In this document: piece by piece, positions 34,041-50,700 of the stretch
How positions within the stretch are numbered: position 1 is the first letter of the stretch
Layout: the number at the start of each line of letters is the position of its first letter
NCBI RefSeq assembly: GCF_964194155.1
Contig: NC_135907.1
Span: 15,872,001 to 15,936,000 of the forward strand
Length of the DNA stretch: 64,000 bases
Direction: 5' to 3'
Origin: Cetorhinus maximus
Taxonomy: Eukaryota
Position numbers and translations under genes: made by a program
Notes under the pieces: model-generated
Database searches by the model: none
What the model saw: the letters and a program-made list of their open reading frames with translations, nothing else
What the model was told of the DNA's origin: nothing

Positions 34041-34699
34041 GCATATACTATGGCACAGCTGATGGTATGTGCCGAGCTGCCCAAATCCCAGAGGGAAACT
34101 TGAAACAGCTGCCAAAATGGTTTTGGCAATTTGTACAGTATGAGGAGAGGTTCTGAAATCAGGAAACGATGTCCCCAACTACTTGTGATGATTTTATAGT
34201 AAACTAAACTTTCATTAAAAGAATAAGGGGAAAGAAACATAATTACACTTAAACACAAGGATGGCTTTACACAGTAAACAGTGCTTTAAAACAGTTCCAC
34301 AAGTTCTTAACTCCGCTACCCGCAGAGCTAACCGTCCCCTTTTCTGTTCAGCAACTATCCTTATAGATTCGAAAATCTTTAGAATTCCAGTAATTTTTAC
34401 CACACAGTGCCTTTTCCCTTGGGACCACTCAGTTTCCATTCAGCCTCCCTCATCCCACGAGGAGTGTAAAATCCAGTCCATTTACTCTGTTTCCCTCTCC
34501 ACAGATGCTGCCTGATCTGCTGACTATTTCCAGCATTTACGTTCTTGGTTTCAGATTTCCAACATCCGCCATATTTTGCTTTTGTCGTTAAAACAGGCTG
34601 TTCACATAATTGTTAACATTAGATAATGATGTAGAAAAATTCAACCAAAACTTGTGGTAATATAAATTAAAGCCTGTAGCCAGGAACTCTTTATATATT

Positions 34700-35609
34700 A
34701 GCCAATCTAAATAGGCCTCCAACAACCCAATACTGAAGTTTAGACAAACGCGTACAGCAAAGGACATTATGTTATTTCCTGAAGGAACAAAATGTGTCCT
34801 TTTTTCTGATTCTAAGATACCCAAAGTGAGAATTCAGGAACACATCCAATTCTGTTCACACCACTACTGCTGTCGCTTTCAAATCGAAGTGTGTGATCTA
34901 CCACACAATTAGCTTGCAGGACTAGAAGGCTCAGTGTAGGCCACTTAGCCCCTCGACCTTCTCAAGACTGAGATTGATAGATTTCTATGTATTACAAACA
35001 TTGAGCGATACGGGGATAATGCAGGAAAATAGTGTTGAAGTAGAAGATGAGCCATGATCTCATTGAATGGCGGAGCAGGCTTGAAGAGCTGAATGGCCTA
35101 CTCCTGCTCCTATTTATGTTCCTATTCTGCCATTGAATTAATTTGTAGCTGATCTGTATATTAACTTATGCCATCCTGGTTCCACAAGGCTTAATATCCC
35201 TGCCTAACAAGACACTACCCATTTTAACTTTGAAATGTCATTGGTGTCAGCCTCAGTTTTTTTGAGTTGGGTGTTGGAGCACAGAGAGCTCCAGATTTCC
35301 ACTGCCCTCTATGTGTAGAACTGTTTTCTGGACATCAACCCTGACTGTCCAAGCTCTAAGGTTCTGCCCCCTTGGTCAGGACTCAAGGAAATAGGGTGAA
35401 ACTATCAAATCCTTTAATCATCATAAACGCCTCAATATAAGATCACCCCTTAATCTTAACTTGAGGGATTACAATGTATTTGGAAGCAAGAGGAACTGGA
35501 GCAAAAGCAGTATGGACTAGTGGTGGGGGGGTGGGGTAGTGGTCACAGAACTGACCATCCCCGGTGATCACAATCTCACCGATTACTCATCTATTGTCAA
35601 TTTGAAGCT
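34700..35609 (+). repeat. Copy of the ferritin 3'-flank block placed upstream of copy 5 (direct repeat with ~39225-40079)
   Basis: Matches ~17400-18298, ~39225-40079 and the reverse complement of the copy 4 flank. It joins the promoter-side flank at ~35618. Confidence 0.9.
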
Positions 35610-35731
35610 TTTTTCAAGCCTTTTTCTGTGCTGTAGACCTCTATGACTCTATGACTCTAAGATGATCAATGATCAATCAGCAATTTCATCATGGTTGAAT
35701 TGTCAATCAATAGAGCCCCTCCTTTAACATT

Positions 35732-35882
35732 CTGATTGGCTCCTGTGTCCCAAATCCGACCCTGCGCTGATTGGAACCCAATTGGACCTGGCAGCTGTTT
35801 GATTGGTTAACAAGGTGGCTGCCCATCATTGATGTTGTCACTTCCTGCTTAATAAAATGAGGCTGTGGCTCTGGAGTATAAA
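35732..35882 (+). promoter_or_regulatory. Ferritin copy 5 promoter
   Basis: Same CCAAT/E-box array. TATAAA at 35877-35882. Confidence 0.75.
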
Positions 35883-35989
35883 TCTAAGTCTGTTAAGTGA
35901 AGTTTTAGGTATTGTTGGTGTTCATCCTAAATTTGTGATAGGGTTTGTGTTTTGGTGAAAATTAAGGAAAAGAAGCCTGTATTTACAAA

Positions 35990-38538
<2,549 letters not shown>

Positions 38539-40798
38539 CGTGGCATCTAGTATCTGATTGTAGATTACTTTGCTTGTATGTGATGTTTCCAACTAGACCT
38601 GGACAATTTGGCTTTCTCCAGGAAGAAAGAACTTGTAGTATTGAATTGCTGTGCCACATGAATTGAAATAAAAATCTTTTGATTGACAATTGCTTTAATT
38701 TCTACCTTGGAGCTAATGGTAGCTTGAAGTACTGCCTGGCTTACCTAGACACAACATTGATAGACTGTGGGTCTTCCACTGGGCTCCCCTTCAGATCGGG
38801 AGGGTGGTGAACAATTGTCCATGTCTCCTTGATGGGCTCCTCCTGAGCTGACATCATCAACAAGAGTTCTCTTAGGTTGGGATGCAGTCCTACAATGGAA
38901 ATGTGAGGCAGGAATGTTGGGGTGTGACAAACCTTCATTGGACACCAATGTTCCATGTAGCCTTCAAAAACCAGAGGGAAATCAATTCAATTAAAGCAAG
39001 CTCCCCATTCCCACCACCTTTTCCTCCAGACAGCCTCAGTGCTAATGAGAATACATTTGAGTCTAAGCTCTCTATGATCATGCAATTGTCTTTTAAATGA
39101 GCAGAGATTTTTTTTTGGTGAAAGGAAGATTAAGATTCCATCTTTTCTAGTTTCCCCCAAAAAAACACATCCTAGATGCCATATCATCTACAACTTTTAA
39201 GTTGTTTTCTATCTGGGAATTAGTCAATCCAAATAGGCCCCCCATAGCCTGGAGTTTAGACAAACGTTTGCAGCAAAGGACATGATGTTATTTCCTGCTG
39301 AAGCAACAAAATGTGATTCTCAGATACCCAAAATGAGAATTCAGGAACACATCCAATTCTGTTCTCACCACTACTGCTGTCACTTTCAAATCAAAGTTTG
39401 TGGTCAGCCACACAATTGGCTAGAAGGCTCAGTGTAGGCCATTTAGCCCCTTGACTTTGTCAAGACTGAGATTGATAGATTTCTATGTATTAATAACATT
39501 GAGTGATATGGGGGATAATGCAGGAAAATAGTGTTGAAGTAGAAGATGAACCATGATCTCATTGAATGGCGGAGCAGACTTGAAGAGCTGAATGGCCTAC
39601 TCCTGCTCCTATTTATGTTCTTGTTCTGCCATTGAATTAATTCATAGCTGATCTGTATCTTATGCCCATCCTGGTTCCACAAGGCTTAATAGCCCTGCCT
39701 ACCAAGACACTACCCATTTTAACTTTGAAATGTCATTGGTGTCAGCCTCAGTTTTTTTGAGTTGGGTGTTGGAGCACAGGGAGCTCCAGATTTCCACTGT
39801 CCTATATGTGTAGAACTGTTTTCTGGACATCAACCCTGACTGTCCAAGCTCTAAGGTTCTGCCCCCTTGTTCAGGACTCATGGAAATAGGGCAAAACTAT
39901 CAAACCCTTTAATCATCTTAAACACCTCAATATAACATCACCCCTTAATCTTAACTTGAAGTACAATGTATTTGGGAGCAGGAGGAGTATGGAGTAGTAG
40001 TGGGGTAGTGGTCACAGAACTGACCATCCCCGGAGATCCCGATCTCTCCGATTACTCATCTATTGTCAATTTGAAGCTTGTTCGTAATTAGAAATGTGGA
40101 CCCAGTAAACGTTTTGTGCAGTTCTGTTGGGTCTGAAGACCCAGAGACACTAATCCAACCACTCACACTCAACAAAGTACAATATCTGATTACTCCAAGC
40201 TCCAGGGCACCTTCCCACGGGTAATTACTTTGCACTGGTAACCATCTGAAAATTGCAATGTAAATCGCAAACTTCAGATGGTTCCAACTATATTACATCA
40301 ACAGTTAGCCAGAAAAAGTTCGAAGAATTAAAATCACTTCCAGTTTCTGGATAATTATTGTACAGACCCACACCCACTCCCCCCAAAGGGATACCCCTCG
40401 AATCCCAAGCCCCCAGGAGACTCCTCCCACCCCCTAACTACTCCCCCCACCCCCGATAGGACTCCTCATCCACACGATTCCCCCCCTCCATGGGACCTCC
40501 TCCCTCCCCCTGGGACTCCCACAACCCCCTCCACTGTGGGACTCACCCACCCCACCTCCACCAAGGCCTGACCCAACCCAACCCAGCCACCCCACCCCTC
40601 AAATCCTACCCACTTACCTTAAGTGCACTTTCCTTGTCAAAGACCTTAAAACTTGGCTGGACCTTTAACCTTACCTGGTTTACAGCAGCTGGTGCTGTAA
40701 AAAAGGGGGCGTGGTTTACTTACCTTCGCCTCTACAGCCCTCGACGCTAGGCCCGGGGACGCGCTGCACTGCCCAGATCTCGCCTGGCCTGAGTCGGA

Positions 40799-43700
40799 AG
40801 GTCGAGCGTGATAAGATCAGCTGGATTTTCAGGCTCAATCCGACTCAATTGCCACTCTATCAGAAGTTATGGCACTTAATTTTTAAAAAAGAACAATTTG
40901 AATAATTGCAGATTACATCAATCAGATGTCCTGCGGGTACTGGCAATGATGCTGTGCCATAGTGAAGGGTGGGCTTGCCAACTCTCCAGGATTACCCCAG
41001 GGTTTCCAAGAATTAAATGTTAATCGCTTGTATATTGCTGTTGGCAAAACTGGGAGATAAATCATGGTCCAAACAAAATCATTTTCTTTGAACGCTTTCA
41101 TTTAGTTACACAAACTATTGGAGATCTGGGGAAGATCCTTGGGAGAGTCTATTTGCTTTCCAACTGGCGTGGGAAATGGGGCATCACAAGGATGGCTAGA
41201 TCAGGTGATCAATGGCAGGAATGTGGGGGCAGGAGTTGGAGGTGAAAGGTCATGTGATGAGTTCTCTTGGAATATGTCGGGAAGCTTGACGACTTGTAGT
41301 AATTATGGTTTTATTTAGTGTGCAATGTACCTTTAAGAATAATACTGGTTAAGGAAGATCACAGGATCTGTAGTAACCAATAGGAGAGTAGTGCGGGCCA
41401 CCTCAGCAGTCAGTCTAACGGTGGAGTTGGAGTTGAAAGCACACGTGTAGTTGCTGCTAAGTATATTGTAAATAAACTTAATGTTTCCAGTCAAGAAGTG
41501 TCTGCAGATCAACTCAATCATTAACAGCACAACTCAGCCACCCTACAACTCTATTTTGTAGGCTTATTCCAGAGGATGACTAAAGTGTCCTCCTGTGCTA
41601 GTGAGCTATGTTAGGACTTGTCAAACCTTTGACTTTTTGTACTATGTAGGGGTGTGTTCATGTGTTACCCAGGTCTCTTAGGAAGGGGCATAGGCACTGG
41701 AGGAGGCCATTCAGCCCCTCATATCTGCTTTGCCATTTAATTAGATTACAGCAACTCTGTATCTTAATTCAATTTACCCATCTTAGTTCCATAACGCTTA
41801 ATAACCTTGCCAAAGTTCAATCTATCAATATCAGATTTGACATTTTCATTGATCACCCTCCAGCCTCAGCAACTGTTTGAGTGGAAGTTCCAAATTTCCC
41901 CCACCCTTTTTGTGAAGTGCTTCCTGACATCACCCCTGAATAGCCTAACTCTAATATTAATGTTACGCCCCTTGTCCTTTTTTTAAAACTTAATCTTGGG
42001 CTGTGGGCATCACTAGCAAGGCCAGCATTTATTGCCCTTGAGAAGGTGGTGGTGAGCCGCCTTCTTGAACCGCTGCAGTCCATGTGGTGTAGATACACCC
42101 ACTGTGCTGTTAGGGAGGGAGTTCCAGGATTTTGACCCGGCGACAGTGAGGTAACACTGATATGGTTCCAAGTCAGGATGGTGAGTGACTTGGGGATGGG
42201 ATGGGGGGGCTCGGAGGTGGTGGTTTTCCGATGCATTTGCTGCCCTTCATCTTCTAGATGAGAAAGGTTGCAAGTCTAGAAAGTGATGTCAAAGCAGCTT
42301 TGGCAAGTTGCTGCTGTGCATCTTGTACTCTGTAGCCATGGTAGTCTGATGGTGGAGGGAGTGTATGTTTAAGGTGCTGGATGGGGTGTCGATCAAGGGG
42401 GCTGCTTTAACCTGGGTGATGCTAAGCTTCTTGAGTGTTAGAACTGCACTCATCTAGGCAAGTGGAGAGTACTCCATCACACTCTTCACTTCACTCTTGC
42501 TGAGGAGGACTCTGGAGAGTCAGGAGGTGAGTCACTCACAGTATAACCAGAGCCAGGCCTGCTTTTGTAGCCATTGTGTTTATGTGGCTGGTCAAAAAAC
42601 TGAACTGGAATCGATTCTCTTTATTACAGAATACTTTAAGTCCATGTTGCTGTTCATTTGCAGATATCTCAATTTGTCAATACAGAATTAGTGTTTATTC
42701 GCCAATGAGACAACAGCACTAAGAACAGTCTTTTTAAATTTGAAATTGTGCAGAAAGACCTGAGTCGCTAGGGCTCCGAGGGCTTGAATGTCAGAATACA
42801 AAGGAGACAGGTAATTCATCCCTGCGCAAAGCAGTTCCACCATATAAATGTGTAAAATAAAAAACACTACAATCAGAAAAAAAAGATCATGTTGACATCG
42901 GAACTCAATGTTGGAAAAAGTCTTTTGTGGCATAATCATTTCTTCCCTGAGACACGGTAAAGAAATACATGTTACTGGATACTACTGGGTTGGTTAAGCA
43001 TGAGTGATTTCCCACGGCAGTGATAACCCAGTCTCAGCCTTACTACTGGAGATGGTTGAAGGTGAAGACTATGCTCTCCCTTCCCTGTGGTGCGTCCCTG
43101 TCAGGCACCACTTACTAAATGTTTGGTCATCCTAAGACTGCAAAAAGCTGCAGTTCAAAGGGATCTGGATGTCTTTGTACATGAATCACAAAATGTCAAC
43201 ATGCAGGTACAGCAATTAATTAGGAAGGTAAATGGAATATTGGCCATTATTGCAAGGGGGATGGGAGTATAAAATTAGGGAAGTCTAGCTACAACTGTAG
43301 AGGACATTGGTGAGACCACACCTGGAGTGCTGTGTACAGTTTTGGTCTCCTTACTTAAGAAAGGATATACTTGAATTGGAAGCAATTCAGAGAAGGTTCA
43401 CCAGGCTGATTCGTGGGATGAAGGGGTTATCTTATGGGAAAGGTTGAGCAGGTTGGGCCTGTACTCATTGGAGTTTAGAAAAATGAGAGGTGATTTTATT
43501 GAAACATGTAAGATTCTGAGGGGGCTTGACAGGGTAGATGCTGAGAGGATGTTTCCTCTCATGGAGGGATCTAGAACTAGGGGTCACAATTTAAAGATAA
43601 GGGGTCTCCAATTTAAGACTGAGATGAGAAGGAATTTCTTCTCTCAGAGGGTCAATAATCTTTGGAATTCTCTTCCCCAGAGAGCAATGGAGGCTGAATA

Positions 43701-46700
43701 TATTAAGGCTGAGTGAGACAGATTTTTGATTGACAGAGGAATCAAGGGTATGGGGGAACAGGCAGGAAGGTGGAGCTGAGGCCACAATCAGATCAGCCAT
43801 GGTTTCATTGAATGGTGGTGCAGGCTCAAGGGGCTGAATGGCTTCCTCCTGCTCCTATTTTTTATGAACTAATGATCTTATGATCATTTCCCAGCAGAAG
43901 GTGGGACCGAACTTGAAGAGGAAAAAAAATGCAAGATTATGCGGAAGGAGCCTGGCAGTAGGACTGAGATCCTCTTCAAAAAAGCTAGTGCAGACCCAGT
44001 GGGCCAAATGGCCTCCTTCTATACTGCATTCTTCTACAAAAGGCCACGTTCTGCTGAAATAAGACCAAGCCTCTGATTCCATGGCTGGGTTTAAATTCCA
44101 GTCTGTCAATGTACAAATCATGCAGTTTCCGTTGTTCATCAGAATTCATTACAAGCCATTGGACAACATATAAATTAAATAAATACAATGATCAACCTCT
44201 TTTCCAGTTTCTTTTCTTCCCTTTGTTCTAGAATCTTGTATGTAATATAATTATACAGAAATGTCCCTCTCCTAGAGAACGTGATCTTTGCTAAGTATAA
44301 TATTAGTACCTCTACTTTTTTTTATTCATTCATGGGATGTGGGCATCGCTGTCTAGGCCAGCATTTATTACCCACCCCTACCTGCCCTCATTTACAGGGC
44401 ATTTTGTTTTAAGAGACAACCACATTGCTTTGAGTCTAGAGTCACATGTAGGCCAGACCAGGTAAGGACAGCAGATTTCCTTCCCTCAAGGACATTAGGG
44501 AACCAGATGGGTTTTTACAAAAAAATCAGCAACGGTTTCATCATTAGACTTTTAATTCCAGATTTTTATTGAATTTAAATTTCACCATCTTCAGTGGTGA
44601 GGTTTGAACTCAGGGTCCCCTGAGCATGATGGTGGGTTGCTGGAATACTAGTCCAGTGACAATACCATTATGCCACTATCTCCCCACACTGCTCGATATT
44701 GTGGATTAACCTGTGGGAGGGGTGGGGTGTCTGGGTGACGATTGCTAATGTACAGGCACACGGCCAGTCTTCACATCATTAGAAGTCATACTGCTAACAA
44801 ACATCATTGAACTTAATTGCTCCCTATATATCTGCTCATATTACTAAATGTCAATAAATGGAGTGTGTTGCTAACTCCAATCAACTGGACAAAAGGAGTC
44901 ATTGAACTTTGACATTAAGAAGGATGTGAGGTAACAAGCAGAAGACCGATGAACCCAGCTCAGTGACGGTATGACATTAATCAAGCTTTCCGGCAGTGTC
45001 TCTCTCTCTCTCTCTCATCAAGTTCTCACGCTGTGGGCTCAATGACCCTCCCGTCTGGTTTCCTGTGCTGTTGTCTGTATCTCTACACAAGATAACATTC
45101 CAGTTGCAGGGCTGAGGTGACATCTTTCAGATGAGATGCTAACATCGCGAGGCCCCGTTTGCCTTCACAGGCGGAAGTAAAAGATGTCACAGCACTGCTT
45201 CGAAGAAGGGCAGGGGGGGTTCTCCCCAGTGACCTGGTCAATATTGATCCCTTAATCAACATCACATAGACAGCTTACCTGGTCATTATCACATTGTTAG
45301 TGGGAGCTTGCTATGGACAAATTGATTGTCGTTTATCCATCATCCCTATGTTCGCTAACCCACAATTTTAAAATCCTCATGCTTGTTTTTACCAGCCTCG
45401 CCTCTCCCACTCTCCGTCATCTCCTCCAGCTCTACAACCCTCCGAGATCTCTGCACTCCTCCAAATCTGGCATTTTGCTCACTCCCGATTGTTATCTTTC
45501 CGACATTGGCGGCCGTGCCTCGAATGGCCAAGTCCCTAAACTCTGCAATTCCCTCTCTAAACCTCTCTTCCTGTCTTACCCTCCTCCTTTAGACTCAGGT
45601 TAAAGCCTATTCCATTGTCTAAAATTTCAGTAAATTGCCCCAATATCTCCTTAGGTGGCTCGGTGTCAAATTTTATTTGATAATCTCTCCTGTGAAGCGC
45701 CTTGGACTGTTCCACTAAATTCCAGGTGGTATATAAATCTAAGTTGTTGTTGCTGTACTTCCTACCATTCCAACAGTGAGTGCAAATACTTCAATGGTTG
45801 TAAAGCACTTTGGCACATCCTGAGATTATAAAAAGGTGGCATAGAAATGCCTTTGTATCTGTATTGCTGTTAATCCAGTGCCCTGAAATGGTCAGGCACA
45901 GTTAATTCGCCATAACAATTCCATGAGTTGATTGGTAGGAATAGGAGGAGGCCATTCAGCCCATCCAGCTTGTTCCTGGCTTCAATGGATCATGGTGACA
46001 TCTATCTTAATGCCATACAGAGATTACTAGATTTGGCGAACACAGATTAATCAAACTGGGTAAAAACAAGCAGAAGGATATTGATCATAATGGTGATTTC
46101 CTTTTTCCCCTAATTCCTGTAGCACCTTTAATGCAATAAAACATCCCAGGCCACATCACGGGCGTGTGATGAATCATCCCACAGTCTTCCCAGCCCCACA
46201 GAGCAGCAAAAGAGACCAGTCAAACTCTATAAAATGTTATTTTTCTCTTAAAAAAGAATAGGCATTGCAGTTCAATGTGGCTCCTGCTATAACTCCAATG
46301 TGGTGGTTGAGTTTTGAATTCTGGTCTTGTCCAGCATGACGTGGAAGTATTGACCGTTAATGTGCCGAAAATCCACAGCAAAGAGGCCAAAGAGCAGGAG
46401 GAGAACCATCCCAGCAATCCATTCACATATCGCCGCAGCTGTTCTTCTCTTCAAATTGTGCAGCAGCACCACTGGTGGAATGGTCAAGGAAACAGGCTCA
46501 AAGATGGTGGTTTAGTTCCAGAATACCGCCTATGAGGTGAAGGACTTTCTCTCCTGATCTGTCTTATTGAGTCTCCTAACTTGTCATGAAGTGACTATTC
46601 CCCAAATGCTGGCTCGCCTCCAGTATCTATCCCAACTGGCTGACATTCCATAGTGAGCAAGAATTCAGGTTGATTTTACCCCGTCCCACCTGACCCCGGA

Positions 46701-47757
46701 TTCTCCATCTAGTCCCAGGGCCCAGAGGACAACCAAAGTGTCAGTACCTGCTGCACCACCGAAAAGCAGGAATAGAGCCTGAGGCCTTCTGGTCTCCGGG
46801 GCCTACCAACACTAAAGCGCCCGAGGGAGCTGAGAGTGCCAATTTGATCGGGTCCCTGAGAAGAAATGTCTTTCTGGCTCACTGAACCTCTTCAGAGAAT
46901 GGGATCTTCACAAAATCACAGCACAGCACAGAAGGAGGCCTTTCTGCCCATCATGAGGTGTTGGCTCTCCGAATGAGCAATGCAACTAGTGCCATTCCTC
47001 GTAACCCTGCACATTCTTTCTTTTCAGATAATAATCCAATTCTCTCTTCAATTCCCTAACGTGATGGAACCTGCCTCCACCACGCTCTGAGGCAGCGCAT
47101 TCCACATCCTAACCACTCGCTGTGTGAAAAAGTTTCTCCTCACGTCTCCATTGCTTCTTTCACCAATTAACTTCAATCTGTGCCCTCTCATTCTCAATCC
47201 TTCCACCAGTTTCTCCCCATCTACTGTCCAAACCCCTCATGATTTTGAACACCTCTATCAAATCTCCTCTCAGCCTTCTCTTCTCCAAGGAAAACAGCCC
47301 CAGCTTCTCCAAGCTATCAATGTAACTGAAGTTCCTCCCTGGAACCATTCTTTTCACCATCCCTTCTTATCCTGGGTCGGATTTGAACGAAGGTGATGCA
47401 GTCACACAGTCTTTGTGCGCGTTGACAATGTTAATCAATATATTGCCTTCTGGCTAAAGGATACACAGGATGAGGCAGACTGTGCATACAAGGCAGCAGA
47501 TTATCCGGACAGGGCCAATCCACTTCCCTCCATGCCTTGGTTGTATCTTGTAGGTGAGTGCCACCTGGAGCCAGAAGTAGAGGTTCCCAATAAAGAAGGT
47601 GAGAAAGGCCCCAATTAGGTGCACGTGAATCTGGTTGACGGTCTATTGAGAAAATAAATGGAGAGGTTAGTTCCTCTGCTTGAATTTGTGTTTCTTATTG
47701 TCTCTTCTCCGCCTGCATTGAATTACTTGAAGTAACATTGTGCGACTAGCCAATAAT
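40799..47757. repeat. Right arm of second large inverted duplication
   Basis: Reverse complement of 25949-33169. Contains the native TMEM150B 3' end. Confidence 0.95.
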
Positions 47758-50700
47758 GAGACTCCGGCGCGCGCCCGCCAAACGAAGCGTCGCGAGACAG
47801 CGCGATGGCGTCGGGACGCACGCCTGATGTCACCGCGCGTCATTTTACGTTCTGGCCTGTCGGGCCCGCCCCAGCACGCCGACTGAAAAATCCTGGCCCA
47901 CGAGTTACCTGAAAATTCCCCACCAAAGAGCCTCCAACTGCACACAAACACCCGGCCACCAGACTGACAATGTTCAGGGAGGACTGGTATCCGTAGTCTA
48001 CCACTTGCTGGTACCGGATGACACAAACCCAAGTGACTGCAAAGAATGAGAAAGAGCAGCTTAAAAAAGACAAACAGCCTTTCCCAATCATAGATTGTTT
48101 GCAACGTAACCTCTTTTAGGTCATGAGTGATACAACGCCGAAGACAGATGATCCAGCTGTTCTCACATTGCTGTTTGTGGGGGCTTGCTATGCGCAAAAT
48201 GGCTGCCACATTACCCACATTACAACAGTGAAAACACTTCAAGAGTACTCCATTGGCTGTAAAGCACATTGGGACATCCTGAGGTCATGGAAGGTGCTAC
48301 ATAAATGTAAGATCTTTCTAGTCTTCCTTTATGATGAATCCCTCAGATTTCTTTCCAACATTTGTGTCTCTTTTCTGTATTATTACATAGGATTACATGG
48401 GATATATGGCCATTCAGCCAGTCCATGCTAGCGTCAATGCTCCACTCAAGTTTGATCATCCAAATCTATCATCGCGAACCTCTATTCCCTTCTCCCTCAA
48501 AATGCTTGTCTAGTTTCCCCTTAAATGCATCTATACTATTTGCTTCAGCCACTCCCTATGGTAGCGAGTTCCACATCCTCACCACTCCTTGGCCTAAGAA
48601 GTTTCTTCTGAATTCCCTATTGGATTTCGTGGTGACTATCTTGCATGACTATCTTGCATGGCTTAGAAGACATGAGTTTTCTAAGCTATGGCACCTGTCC
48701 CTAGTGAAGACGAACCACCCCCTCACCCTCCCATCCCATCCCATCCCCCACCACTTGAGGGGAACTGTGGCACCCAACCTGGATTGTCCTGGACTCTCCA
48801 AGATTAATCCCTGTAAGCAAACCCTGGAGGCAAATCATAGGGTGGTTTAAAAAGTAGTGTTGTTTTTCATTTTTTTTTGACTAATTCTGTCTATAAGTTA
48901 TAAAAATATTAGAGAAAGGGAAAAAAGGCTTTTTGACTGACAGTCAAGCACCACCAGGGAATGACGTCCTTTCGATTTCCAATTGGTTTAGGGAAGCAGG
49001 ATGCGGCAATGATAGACATGTCAAGTGACCAATAGCAGTAGCCTAGGGGTGGGGCAGTTGGAGGCAAGAGGTCATGTGATGAAACCTCCAGTGATACATC
49101 CAAGTAGAGTTGGCAACCCCAGCCAGGCCATTCCCTCTTTATCATTGGGTAACCTGGCACCGACCAGCGATTTATCCTGTGCTCTTTATGCAAGCAGGGG
49201 ATTTACTCACTAAACCCTGGATCAATAACTTGTCTTCATGAGGTATGATTGAAATACTTCTCTCAAAGAAGATCCAATTGAAGATCTCATCCGAGACCTA
49301 CTCACCCAGAAAAGCCCCGATGTTCATGATTTGGCCAAAAATGCAGCTCTGGGGAGGTTCAGCCCCACAGACACTGAGGAGGAAACAGGAAGTCAAAGGT
49401 GAAACGTTTATCACTCAACCAGCTCACAGTAACTTACATTACTAGAATTTACAGCACAGAAACAGGCCATTTGGCCCAACAGGTCAATGCCAGTGGTTGT
49501 TCCAAACATATCTCCTTCACGCCTACTTCATCTAACCCTATCAGCATATCATTCTATTCCTTTCTCCCTCTTGTATTTATTCAACTTTCCCTTAAACGCA
49601 TCTGTGCTATTCACCTCAACTACTCCCTGTGGTAGCGAGTTCCACACTCTCAGTGAAGACGTTTCTCCTGAATTCTTTACTGGGTTTGTTGGTGACTATC
49701 TTATATTTATGGCGGTTAATTTTGGACTCCCCTGCAGGAAGAAACTTCTCTATGTCTCGTCTCAGAATTTTTTTCAACAACTCCAACACGGGTCGAATGT
49801 CCTGTAATTCAGGGCCGACCCTTCCCTAAGATGAAAGCAAAATACTGCGGAAGCTGGAAATGCGAAGTAAGAAACAGAAAACGCTGGAAACACTCAGCAT
49901 CGGTGGAGAAAGAAACAGAGTTAACATTTCGAGTCTGTATGACCCTTCTTCCCACCAGTTCCTCAGGGAACTGTCCCTTCCCTACTAGGGCTATCCCTTC
50001 CCCCCCCTTATTAAACCACGGTATAATATTAGCAGTACCTGGAGCTAGAAGTTGGGGAAATGATGGTCGCAGCCTCTGCTATTTCCTCCCTTGGCAGCCT
50101 GGGATATGTTTCACATGGGCCTGGTGGCTTATCCACTTTCAAAGATGCTAAACCCCTTAATATTTGCCCCTCGCTATGTTTATCCCATCCAATATTTCAC
50201 AAACACCCTTCAGTCTAATGACTGCATCGTCCACCTCTTTTGTGAAGACTGATCCTCCTTAAATGCTTCTCACGGCTCTGACGTTTCAAATAGCTATTTC
50301 AAGTCCACTTTTGACGAGTCGCATCTCTGCTCAGTAAAATTGTTCTTTCCCTGATTTGGGGCGATTACTCTTGGTCTATCTTTATTCCTTCCTATAACTA
50401 GACTATACTATATCTAACGGAATTATTACCACTACCACCAAAATGCTCTCTAACTGATACCAGTTTCACCTCCCCAGTTTCATTGCCTAAAACTAAGTCC
50501 AGAATTTCCACTTCTTCTCGGACTTATTATGTATTGGTTAAAAAAAGTTCTCCTGAATGCATTTTAAGAATTCTGCATCCTCTATACCTTTTACACTGAT
50601 ATTATTCCGGTTAATATTAGGATAGTTGAAATCCCCTACTACTGCTGGCCTATTGCTTCTGCATTTCTCTGCACTTTGTCTACATATTTGCTCTTCCATC

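Noticed and set aside
47667-48269. 200-aa minus-strand ORF
   Set aside because: It overlaps TMEM150B exon 4 out of frame plus intronic repeats, with no recognisable protein.
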